From contig NW_003314331.1 in assembly GCF_000143415.4 (NCBI RefSeq), positions 731,169 through 795,168 on the forward strand: 64,000 nucleotides of DNA. Direction: 5' to 3'. Every line of letters starts with the position of its first letter. Position 1 is the first letter of the stretch. The stretch comes from Selaginella moellendorffii (taxonomy: Eukaryota; Plantae; Lycopodiophyta). The position numbers and the translations under genes were made by a program. The notes beneath the pieces are model-generated. The model did not search any database. It was not told the DNA's origin and was given only the letters and a program-made list of their open reading frames with translations. Positions 14,042 through 25,301 of this stretch are shown in pieces.

Positions 14042-16032
14042 TCACAGCTCATGATCGTCGTCTGGCGATGGCTTCCTCCGCAGTCCAAAGAGCCGAAGCA
14101 GGCTGGAAAACCAGGAGACTTTCTTTGGCTGGAAACACACCACCTCGAAGCTGTGTTTCAAGTGCGGGGAAACAATCTTGTCCTGCGTGCAGCCGGATTA
14201 GTTATAGCTCATGGATTTAAAGCTCCGCTCACCAGGAAAAGGTCCACGGGACAAAAATGCGATCCATTACATGCCTGTCCAGTAAAGTGAGCGCGCACCA
14301 TGAGAATGTGTATGAAAACAGCACGGGACTTAACTGGCATAATCATTGGATGCTCATTGTGAAAGGCTTGCACCCGGAAGGCTGGACTTTGGTTGGAGCA
14401 CTTGTAAAGTACCAGCATCGTGTTACCTCCAAAAGGTGCTACTAGACTTCCCCTCCAGAGTCGAGGGAGTGGAGGTTTGGGAGGAATCGCGACGGACTTC
14501 TCCTCCTGTACAACTTTCACATCTGTAAAGGAGTTCAGAGGTCAGCTTTTTAAATGGCCCACACAAACATACCAGCTCCGTCTAAAAAGAGGCCAAGGAG
14601 GCACGCGAACGGCAATACTGTTTCCGCGTGTGCAAATCGCAACTTGGCTTTCTCCAGAAACTTAGCGTCTGTAGAATCTGAAATGCGCACTAACACTCAG
14701 CGATCGACGATAAGCTTTAAATTAATACCTCTGGCGCTTTCCTCCATAGCCGAAACAATAGCTTCTTTCACGTTGGAAAGTAGAGAGATGCCCATTTTGT
14801 AATTGATTGAATCGCCATAGCCTTTTAGATGATGTAGCTCAACGTCGTCCGCCCATTCAAGTAGACGAACCTGGAATATCAAAATTACTTCGGTACTAGA
14901 TAGCCTAGTCGTCAAGATACCTCTTCTGGAAGAAAGAGCTTGCAAGCTTGCGTAGTGATCTCTAACACAGATGCTTCCTGCAGTACACAACAACAACAAG
15001 ACATAGCTCGTAAAAGTCCACGAAAACAAAAACAAAAACTTGCCTGCTTGCATAAAAACCATAAAGAAGAAATATCATCGTTTGTAAACGGTAATTTATA
15101 CCTCTTCGTAGCGGCTGCGGAGACCTGTGCATATACTTTTTTTTGGAGTTTGGCCACAGCCGGTCTTCGAACAGCTTTGGATTCCTATCATAAAAAACTT
15201 CACAAAAAACACAAACGCATGACACGTACATCAGACACGTACCTTGTAGTTTTGACAACAGTCATGAAATCTTAAGTGTATGTCATTGGTTTTGTTGTCG
15301 CTGATCACCGAAAATGCGCGGTGCTTCCCATCGCCAAGCGATCCTTTGTTCGAGAACAAACCCATGCCGAAGGCAACGGCACTCTGCGCAGACCTGTGAA
15401 CCTGCGAAACAAGACAAGTTCATCGACGAACAAAAGCTTTCTCTCCAAAACAAACCTGAGTCGTGAGGATCGGGCTGATTTTCGGATGATAGTCACCACT
15501 AAAAATCTCCGGGAACCTCTCCCGGATCCTCTGCCCAAGCCGGAACATCTCCTCCTCACCGGGGATTGTCAGCTCGCCACCGACAAACTTTCCTCTCCAT
15601 GCGGCCTCCCATCCGGAAGGCAGAAAAAACTCTCCAGACTTCATGCTCTTGGCAAGCTCACTGAGCCTGACTTCCAGCTCCTCAAGCTGTTTCAAGCGCT
15701 TCTTTGTAGGCGCTCGCGTCCCATGCCTTGCCTGAGAAGCAAAGCACCCAAAAAAGAACAAGAAAATCGAACCAAGAACGCTCGTATAATCCTCTCTTAC
15801 CACAAGATTCAAGTGAATAGGAACACAGCCTTCCGGCGGCGATGGATCCTCCGTGAAGAGCTTGCTTCCAAGATCTCGCGAAACTTCATACCTGAAAAAT
15901 CCATGGAGAGCTGCCTGGAATCCGCATGGATGGATGAAAATCTCACCTGGTGGAGCTGGAAAGGTGCTCGCGCACGTCGAAATCCGCAAATGCAGTGGAC
16001 AGCAGCAGCACAATCGCCACGAGCACTCTCAT
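14042..16032 (-). CDS. Histidine acid phosphatase, multiple inositol polyphosphate phosphatase (MINPP)-like, multi-exon
   Basis: Signal peptide MRVLVAIVLLLSTAFA followed by DFDVREHLS. Active-site RHGTRAPT, LRFAHAETV, and C-terminal DDDHEL* (ER-retention-like). One GC-AG intron at 15043-14978. Confidence 0.88.
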
Positions 16033-16426
16033 CTCCGCCTAAACCCTAAAAGAGGATCAAACCTTTACCTTTGTCAAGAGAGTTAAACCCTAGCTTTTCT
16101 CATTTGAGAATTTTTTTCTCGCGCTCTCGTGTCACGTCGCCATCATTCCCATTTCACACTTATTTGGAATCGTTGCATCATGAAAGAAGTACTATGCTAC
16201 ACTTTGAACACGCGATTCGTGTCCCTGCTATAAATTTCTATCTTGTCATTGTTTTGTCTAAGCGATCATCGATATTCCCAATCTTTCCTTCTTCTTTCTT
16301 TCACTCTCGACCCTCTCGAGAATTTCCAGTTGCTTGGTGTTGGTCTGCTTGCTCACATTTTTTCTAACGATGGCTTCCTCATACTACTTTGTCCTCTAAT
16401 AAGTTTTCTTAGTAGCTTTGGAGAGA

Positions 16427-18182
16427 ATGGGGGAAGAGGCTGCGCTCGCCAAAGAGGAGCTCGACGCTGGAGCGGCATTCGTGCTAGTATCCAAAGGTTT
16501 GAATGCTCGCAAAACTCGTATAGGATTTGATCAAAGATCTTCCAGGAACAAGAGAGAGCTTTGACCGAGAGTTTTTCCTTGAATCTTGCTTGCAGGGACA
16601 TGGCTACACGCAGCGTACCATCTCACCACAGCCATCGTCGGTCCAGCGATTCTAAGCCTTCCATACGCTTTCGCGTCACTCGGCTGGGAATTGGGAGTTT
16701 TGGCCCTGACAATGGGAGCTCTTGTCACCTTCTATGGCTACAATCTCGTCTCCACGCTGCTCGAGCAAGCGGATCAAAGAGGCCAGAGACACTTGCGCTT
16801 GGGAGATTTGGCGGTGGACATTCTTGGTGAGATTCTTTTTCTTTCTTTTCCGAAAAGCTGCGCTGTAGTTCTGACTTTCTTTATCCCGTTCTTGCAGGAC
16901 CAAAGTGGAGTAAATACGTTGTTTTTCCGCAGATGGTCATCAGCTTTGGCATCGTTGTTGGCAGCAATCTCTTGTGCGGACAAGGAATGCTCGTAAGTTC
17001 TCCTCTCAATCGTTTCTTCCAGCTTTCCAAGTGAACCATCGGGTTTAAATGCAGAAAATCTACGAGAACTTGGTGAAAGATGGCGACCTCAAGCTTTACC
17101 ACCTCGTGATGATCAGCGCGTCGATCATGATCATCCTGTCCCAGCTTCCATCTTTCCACTCGCTTCGCTACATCAGCCTCGCCTCGGCGCTCCTCTCCAT
17201 GGGATACAGCCTTGGCGTGGTGGCGGCGTGCATCTACGCAGGTTGGGCTTCTCGAGCTCTGAAACTTTGCTCGTGATCACCTTCGAATTTACCAGCAGCT
17301 TCTCAGGTCACTCCAAGCGAGCGCCACCAAAGGATTACTCCATCGTTGGGAGCACCAGCGCTAGAGTTTTCCACGCTTTCAATGGCCTCTCGATCATGGC
17401 CTCGACGTATGGAGTGAGCATTATACCCGAGATCCAGGTTCGTGTTCTCGTTGTCTAAGTTTCATCTTTAGAAAGGAAAACGATGTTTTGCTATTGTTTC
17501 CAGGCGACTATAGCTTCTCCAGTGTCCGGGAAGATGTTTAAAGGATTGCTGCTTTGCTACGCGGTCGTGGTGACGACGTTCTTCTCGGTTTCCATCTCGG
17601 GCTACTGGGCTTTTGGCAACAAAGCCACTGGAAATCTCTTCGACAACTTCATTCCAGACGACAACACAACGCTAGCTCCCGACTGGCTCTTGTTCCTGAT
17701 CATTCTCTTCATCGTCATCCAGCTCCTCGCAATCGCAGTGGTGAGTTCTTCCATATATTTTCTCTGGAGTTTTAGAACTTCTTCTTTCATCACAGGTTTA
17801 CTCGCAGCCTCTCTTTGATGTCTTCGAGACTGCTCTTTCCGACGTCAAAAGGCCAATCTTCTCGTTTAGAAACTTGCTCCCCCGGCTCGCAGTGAGATCA
17901 CTCTACATAGTTTTGGCAGCGTTTCTAGCGGCAATGCTCCCGTTCTTCGGAGATCTCAATGCGTTCATAGGCGCCGTGGGGTTCTTGCCTCTAGCTTTCA
18001 TTCTCCCCCCGGTTCTCTACAACATCAAGTGTAAGCCATCGCCAGGGACGGTGGTCTTCTGGGTAAACACAGCCATTATCGTGGTGTACGGTGCCATGGC
18101 GGTCATGGGAAGCGTTTCTTCCGTACGCCAGATCGTCCTGGACGCTCACAAGTTCAAGGTCTTCTCCAATAACACAAGCTAA
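16427..18182 (+). CDS. AAAP-family amino acid transporter, GABA transporter (GAT)-like, about 7 exons
   Basis: ELDAGAAFVLVSK|GTWLHAAYHLTTAIVGPAILSLPYAF, QLPSFHSLR, IPEIQATIA, SGYWAFGN and AMLPFFGDLNAFIGAVGFLPL. Multiple hydrophobic segments. Confidence 0.92.
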
Positions 18183-18699
18183 CTGAGAATGTATGAATCT
18201 TTGGCAACCACTTAACCAAGCCACTTGATCAGTCCAAAGAGTTTACAAGCGAGAAGGCCCATGGGGAATGTCCCAGAGGTTGCATAAGCAACTGTGTTAA
18301 GGCGGCATGAAAAAGATAACTTTCCAACGGTAACAAAACAATTTCAAAAAATAAATAGGAAGTTTATGCTAGGGTTAGAGTGATCCTTAACGGGCAGGAA
18401 TGCGCTAGTTGCACAATTTTACTGCAACATCTGATGTGGCCTGTACAATTCAGGAGAATATGTGGTAGAAACAAGTTCTCCAAAATCATACTAATCCAAT
18501 AAAAATGTGCCATGTGTTACTCAACCAACTTGTGCCTGCCCCGTTAATGACTGTCAAAGGGCATGTATGTGCCCGTTGACCACAGAAAGATGCTCGCCAC
18601 ACCTGGCTTAACATATTCCTCCTACACAGCCTTGTTCTTGGGTGGTTAGACAACTCAATTCTTTATCATTGAAGACAACTCAATTCTTTTTTATTGAAA

Positions 18700-21600
18700 T
18701 TTTCTTCCTTCACCTTTCTTTTCTTGATTTTTCTCTTTCTTGTGCTTGTTTGTGCACATGTGTATGCTTCTTGGGTTGTTGTGAGCTCCAACAGTTCCAA
18801 TAAATTAGCCTAGCTTCACTACTTTCAAGTATTTGTAGAAGGTTTAGTTCCACCATAGTAATTTAAAACATGTTACACATGCGCACAATCCATGATCTTA
18901 GTCTTCTTGTAAATGTCAAGTAGGCAAGTCATTCTCCAACCCCAAATGACAGATTTTGTCATGAATCCTTATTGCAACTTGAATCACAGCATCCATGGTT
19001 TTTCTTTAGTATTTTATGTTTACTTAAGGAGCATTAAGAAACAAGTTTGATGAGATTAGGCTCTTAGTCTTGTTTTTCCCACAAGTCTTACAAATATGAC
19101 CATCAAATGCCTGCCCCAATTTTGTTACAAATTACAATACTGCTAAATACCTCCTAGAGTATTAACAGTGTTACCTCCATGAGTATACTCTTTGAGAAAA
19201 CATCCCACCCAGACATCTGGTGCATGTCCCTCCATAAGTTTAAAATCCGAGAGTGTTAACAAGGATTCTTGTGGTGTCTTTGTAGAAAGCAATAACGCCA
19301 TGCATTGCTTAGAAGCATTAAGTGATAACCAAGATCTTAGTAGAAGGACTAACTTCTTAAAACTCAAGGTGAAAGAGTGATAGACCTTGCAATCCTCTTG
19401 CTGGATGTTGTGGAGGCAGAGCAAGAGGTCAAGTCATACCTTGCTTATCTTGCATAGATGTCCAAGCCTCCTATTTGAGAAGTGTTGGGTTATGCTATTT
19501 CATTTTTTAGTATATGTTATCGATTTTTTAATTCATGTTAACCATCCCAGGGAATCTCTCATAGTATCAAAGCTAATCACTTGTATTAGAAACACCATTA
19601 ATCCTTTCTAGTGCTCACCTGTCACTCCAAGTGAATATAAAAGAAAAGGGGAAGTGGTTTGAGTGAATTTCATTCCATTGTTTTCTCCTTCCATATTTTT
19701 TCTTTGATCTCTATAGGGAAGGCACTATTCTCACTTGGTTTGGTGAAACTGAACACAAGCTCAAGACAAAATAGCTATTGGGCTTTTGCCTCAGGTAGCA
19801 CAACCTACCTTCTTGAGCTCACTCTTACATTAGAGAGAACACTATCCCTAGAAGCTATGAAGGAATACAAAGTTGAGATTGACAATGACTAAAACCTTGA
19901 TGGCAGATGCTGGGTGAGACAAAAATAGAATCTTTGATCAATCCACTGCTGCCAGTGCATGGCAATCACTGAAGAGGATATATGTTCATGATACTCAGGC
20001 AACTGAGTATACCCTGGTGGCACTAAAGTTGGTGAATCCTTAATAAAATTTACCATGATCATGAGTGGAAGGAGAGTACAAGCAAGTGAAGCATCGCATC
20101 ACTCTGCTCCAACCCAAAACGATGTCATCAAGCAGATAATCATACTAGATGTCACTAGTCCCTCATAATGAGAAAGTTGAAGTTAATGGTACAGCTCTAA
20201 CAACAATAAGAAGCATATTATGTTTGATTCCTTAGATTCTAATTAGCCTAAAAGCACCTCTCAATGAATGAGTCAAGCTGGGTGTGATTATGTTCATCCT
20301 CAGGGCCATGACTTGGGGCAATCTATCTCCAGTAGAGGAGAAGCAAAGTATTGTCCTTGCATGTGAAGAATGCAAGGAATGCATCTAATCCTTACATGCA
20401 AGAGTCATTATTCAATGATCATGTTAGAGTGTGATCAATGAAATGTGAATGTACACTCCTTAATGTCCCATAGGGACTAATACAATAACTTGGGCATGTC
20501 GCCTTCTCTCAAAGCTACCTAGTATCGCTCAAGTGAGTGTCTCTAGTGGGACTAGCTTTGCAGTAGTCTTAGCGAGACCCTTCTCCTGCATGCCATGTCC
20601 AGATTGATATCTCCCACCATGTTGAGTGTAGGATCAAGCCTAGGGGGCACCACTACCAGCAGACCTTGCTGTTGACCACCCTTCTAAAGCATGGGAGCCA
20701 TCTCCTCTACCAGCTCTCCATCTGTTCAGGTTTATCCTTTAGGATATTGTAGTGGAGTCACACTACAGCCAGCATAAGTCTCCACAATATGCCTACTATC
20801 ACCACCATCTATGTTGCCCTTTGCACCTGATTTGTCACCATGCCAGACCACAAGCTGGTTCTCTTGCTTCCTCAAACTAGTGGAAGATATCGCCACAGTG
20901 AACCTCGAACTCTGAAGAGACTCCCATCTTTCTAGTCGTCTTTAGAATTTGTCACCATACCTCTTTTGCCACTTTGCACTTTCATACCACATGCTCAAAT
21001 TGTCTCTGTTTCCCTGCACTCCAGCTAGGTTTGTCCTGGAACCTTTGCCCCACTAGGAGACCAGGTCCAAGCACCAACCGAGTCTAACCAGAACTCCATC
21101 TTGCTCCGTTTAATGCTATATTGCCACAAAGTCCCTAACTTGAGACAGTGTTGAGGCCATTTCTTCCCCATCTTTGCTGCGTTTACCACTCTAAGCAGCC
21201 AAAAAATTTCATAATGGACATTCTACCTTTTCCCTTGTCAAAAGACTTGTAATCTCCTTATTGATTTTTACATGTTCCTGTCCAGAATACCTATCAGGTG
21301 CTTGGTCCTAAAAAATGCAAAATGAATATCCAAGATTAGATTATAAAGATTATATTTATAGATATTTATATTGCACTAACATTTTTCTTCAATCACTTTC
21401 AAGATCAAATATGAAGCCAAAACACTAATAAAAAAAGTGACATGAAAATTAAACTTCAAAGACAACTCTTCACCATTCGACACAACAATGCCACTTTCGC
21501 AATGTCTCAACTATACACTTATCCAATAATTTACTCTAAGTGCTAACAAATTAATTGACAAACTATAGCAAATGAATGTTAGAACCTTTTTTTAAAACAT

Positions 21601-23740
21601 TAAGGAATCAACTTAGCATAATATAGATCACCATTAAGAACTTAATTAAAGTTACTTCAATGCTATTATGTATAAAGGGGCTGGGTAGTTTTTGAGTTGA
21701 GCTCAAGTCAATAAAAGTTAACAAAAGTCAAAGGAAGTTAATATAATCCCCTAACTAGCAAAAGTTTAATGGCACTACCTTAGTTTGTCCCAAACCAATA
21801 ATTTTTAATATAAAATCTAGATGTTTAAAGTATTCCATAAGCTTTTGTAGATTATTGGTTTGACACTAACTAATCTTTTAGTCTACAAAGAAAGAAAGTA
21901 GTATATTAAACAACATAATTAATATTAGAATATATTCAATCTTATTTTGCTTCCATATCCAAAAGCAAAAATGGGTATAGTGGAATGCTCCTTCACTATA
22001 TGCTTGTGTTGTATGTAATGTTGTGCCATGTGTTCAGCATAAATAGGTAAATGGAATTGACTTCTGTCCATATGATCATCCATATCATCAGGATCAAGCG
22101 TGTGGATTGAAACACTGTGTGTGATAAGTATGGACCTAATGATATACAAACATTTAAAAATAAATATTATAGATTACTTCAAAACTAATATCACTTGTCG
22201 CAAAAGCTCCCAAGAATATCTTCAAAGGCACCCTCTTTCTCAAGTGTAAAAACAGCTCGGCTTATCTTTTTCACTACTTGCACCATTGACCCAAATCTTG
22301 CTGTAACATCAAGCACAATCCCGTTTGGCAGATAGAATAACTCTAACAAGATTTATATGGCCATGACCAAACGATGTCAATAAATAAGGAACGCTGGGTG
22401 AAGAACGTTAGAGTCAATCACATTTGGGATGATGTCTATAAATTTGTTATATCCTGGTAAAGCAAGAGTAGCACACTCGTTAGCTCATGTGGCATTACGT
22501 TAGTTCCCAATGTGGTATAGAGCATAGTAGTTCCAGGAATAAACCTGGAAAAAAAAATAGAATAGAGTTAATTTGTAAATAAAGAAGTCACATACTTTTC
22601 GCTTCTACCCACTAATGCCTTTTGTGTCCACTGCCATACTTGAAAGAAGGCAGCCAAATGAAAACTCAACAAATCCATCATTGTTATTGGTGGATCCATG
22701 GTCTGGGTCAACTCACACCTTATGGGAAGATCGATTTCATCTTTTTGGATCTTCCCAATGGGATGCCACCACCACAAGGGGAATCAAGCATGTAGAGCTC
22801 CTGACTAATAGCATCTAAAAGTTGCATGTAATCCCCAGTGAGAACAGCAACTTCCCCAACACTGGCCATTGAGGATAGAGGGCGAACTTGAAAAACAATT
22901 ATTAGAACTAGAAGTTGGAGATAAAATTCATGCTTACTAACCTATTTGTGCATAGTTGTAGATGAGATCTCTTCCAGGTTGTCGTCTGTAGCCGTAGGGA
23001 GGGATGGGAAGAATGCCTTAGTCTGCCGAGAAGACTGGTGGCTACTCTCTATAACAATCTAAAAAAAAAAAGTGAAGTCAAGAATAATTAAAAGAATATT
23101 CGAAATCAAAGTCCTTTCATGAAAGGCTTCACAATGGCCCCTTTGGGGGTTGCGAGAAGTAGGTACTAAAATCTCTTGTGTTGGAATCTTTTATACAATT
23201 TCCTCTAGTTCAACGGTATTTGGATTTAGCATCTCTTGAATGGTTTCTTGAGTGTGGGCTCCTGGGTTTATTTGTTGAACTTCAACAATGTCATTGTCAC
23301 AATCAGAAAGAGCCTCTAGAAAATAAGAATATAACTCAAGGTTAATATTTTCTAGCTAAGTGCTGAGTTTCAAGTGAACTTGGATGACATTCAAGGTAGA
23401 GATTCAACTCGAAGTCCAATGTTGGCATCTACTCCACGAGTTCAAGGTACCATAGGCATAGCTCCCTCTCATGTATACAAGGACAATAGAACTCTAGCTC
23501 ATACATCCCAAGCTTCTTGCCTCGAGTCAGGAGCTTCTGCAAAACACCGGCTGTGTATACTGGTTCGTCGGGGAAATATTTTAAATATCTACAAAGTAAA
23601 ACAAAAATATAAATACCAATATATAAATGAGAATTGAGAAAATACCTGTAAACCATGCGCCTCACAAGAAATGGTTGTCCTGGTTGGTTCTTGAACTCAG
23701 CCGAGCTCATCCCACCATGTGGAAGCCAACCATTCCCTAG
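18700..23740 (-). pseudogene. 3' part of an unidentified decayed multi-exon gene; boundaries approximate
   Basis: Exon-like open segments with GT/AG borders and AT-rich introns, e.g. ...PFLVRRMVYR|YLKYFPDEPVY... at 23740-23430 and YLPNGIVLDVTARFGSMVQ... near 22335-22196. Internal stops are present. The frame continues across element A into 56121+. Confidence 0.5.
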
Positions 23741-25301
23741 TGTCGCGAACGTGACTTCAGGTATCGAAAGTTACCTGTCGGCTAGTCCTTTCGGATATTC
23801 TTTCCTTACTGCCACAATGGCAGGAGGTCAGTATTGCTAGACCCGTTATCAGTTTCCCACTTGAGATAGTTGAGAAACTAGTTAACAACCGTGTACTTAG
23901 ATCGGATAAACATAAAGTAGGAACCCTATGTGTTTCTTGCTGAGCATACTCGGCTTGGTTTGAGAAACTCCTGTCATTGGCTTGCACTTACTAGTATCAA
24001 GAACCCCCGCAATATTGAAATTGGTTCCTCAATATCGCTAGATGATAGCTTACTGTGTTTGCCAAACACCTTCGCTATCATGCCTTTTGTGTTGGTCTCA
24101 TTTCGGTCCCAAATGCTATTTATGGAAAGTGTCTAGATTTGCTCATTTGGCATATCTACGGAATGTAGAGATTGTCTTGAACACAATTGTGTTTGTCCCA
24201 TGTCCAAATTTGTAATCTAGAGACATTCCATATTTAGTAAGTTTCGAGCTTGTCCCAGAGACTAACTCCTGATACTAAGGGAGGCTTAGGGTGAAACCCC
24301 AAAGTGTGTGTTCCTTAAGGGGGGGGGGGGGTTCCAAATGTATAGTAGGGATAGTGGGTAGGTCAGGCATGGCTGACCAACCTGAGGCATAGTCTAGCTC
24401 CCGCTTGCGTGCCTGTCCTTGTTCTGCGTCCGGCTTGGGTCTAAGCCTAAGTTCCATTCCATGCTAGCTAGTGGAGTACCCATGTCCTCGCGTTAAGCCA
24501 TTGGTATGCCGAAATAGCGCCAGACTCCATTTGGCTCTGTTTTGCGTGCTGGTCCTGGCATTGGGATGCTGGTTGCTCCAGAATTGCTCCAACTCGCTCC
24601 GAGCTCCTGTCCCTTTGCTCCTTGGGCTGTTTGCTCGGGAGTTGCTCCATGGCTCGGTTCCATCACTCCTTGGGTCCTATGGACACGTGGCATGTAACAT
24701 GTGGCACAAAGAGGGTTTAGGTTCCACTTCGTGGTGTTATCCTATAGTAAATCACCATAGGATAAAGGGTCAAAACCAAGTGTGCTACAGTTGGTATCAA
24801 AGCAAATGGCACGGGTTCGATTCCCATTGATTAGTGGCTACTTAAAAATATAATATACCCTTGAGTAAGGTATATTCCTACCCCTAAATTTGAAATTGTA
24901 TGTATTGGACATCTATGCATATGTCCTTTCTCTTGTGTGGAGTATCCACGGATGAAGATATCCACCGTAGGACTGCGGTACGGGTGGATGACCAGTTGCC
25001 TCATATGGAATAGCTGGTCTACACAATGGAAGGATTGGTGGATTCAGTGCGGAAATGGAGGTGTTGGTTCCCCTTGGCTCAGTAAGAGTTAATAGTCAAT
25101 AGTCAATGAGGACATTGATATCTCTGAAAGGGGGGTGAGTGTAATGCATGTGATAATGGGATGAGATTTAGATATACTGTCACCGTGGATCCTGAGAACC
25201 TTGGGGGATAAATGGGGATAAAATAGCCACTAAGGGCTCTCTCATCAAGCAATTGCCTCTTTTCCAGTTGGCTTAAGGGGAGAGAGATAAGGTGCGCTAC
25301 A
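23741..25301 (+). repeat. 5' LTR of element A (composite)
   Basis: Direct repeat of 30291-30723 plus 54907-56115. TG...CA termini. Confidence 0.9.

Noticed and set aside
15276-16049. 257-aa plus-strand ORF
   Set aside because: Antisense shadow of the histidine phosphatase exons.
25140-25301. Cassandra (5S-bearing) TRIM or hammerhead retrozyme identity for the mini-LTR
   Set aside because: No 5S A/C-box similarity and no CTGANGA...GAAA core seen by eye.
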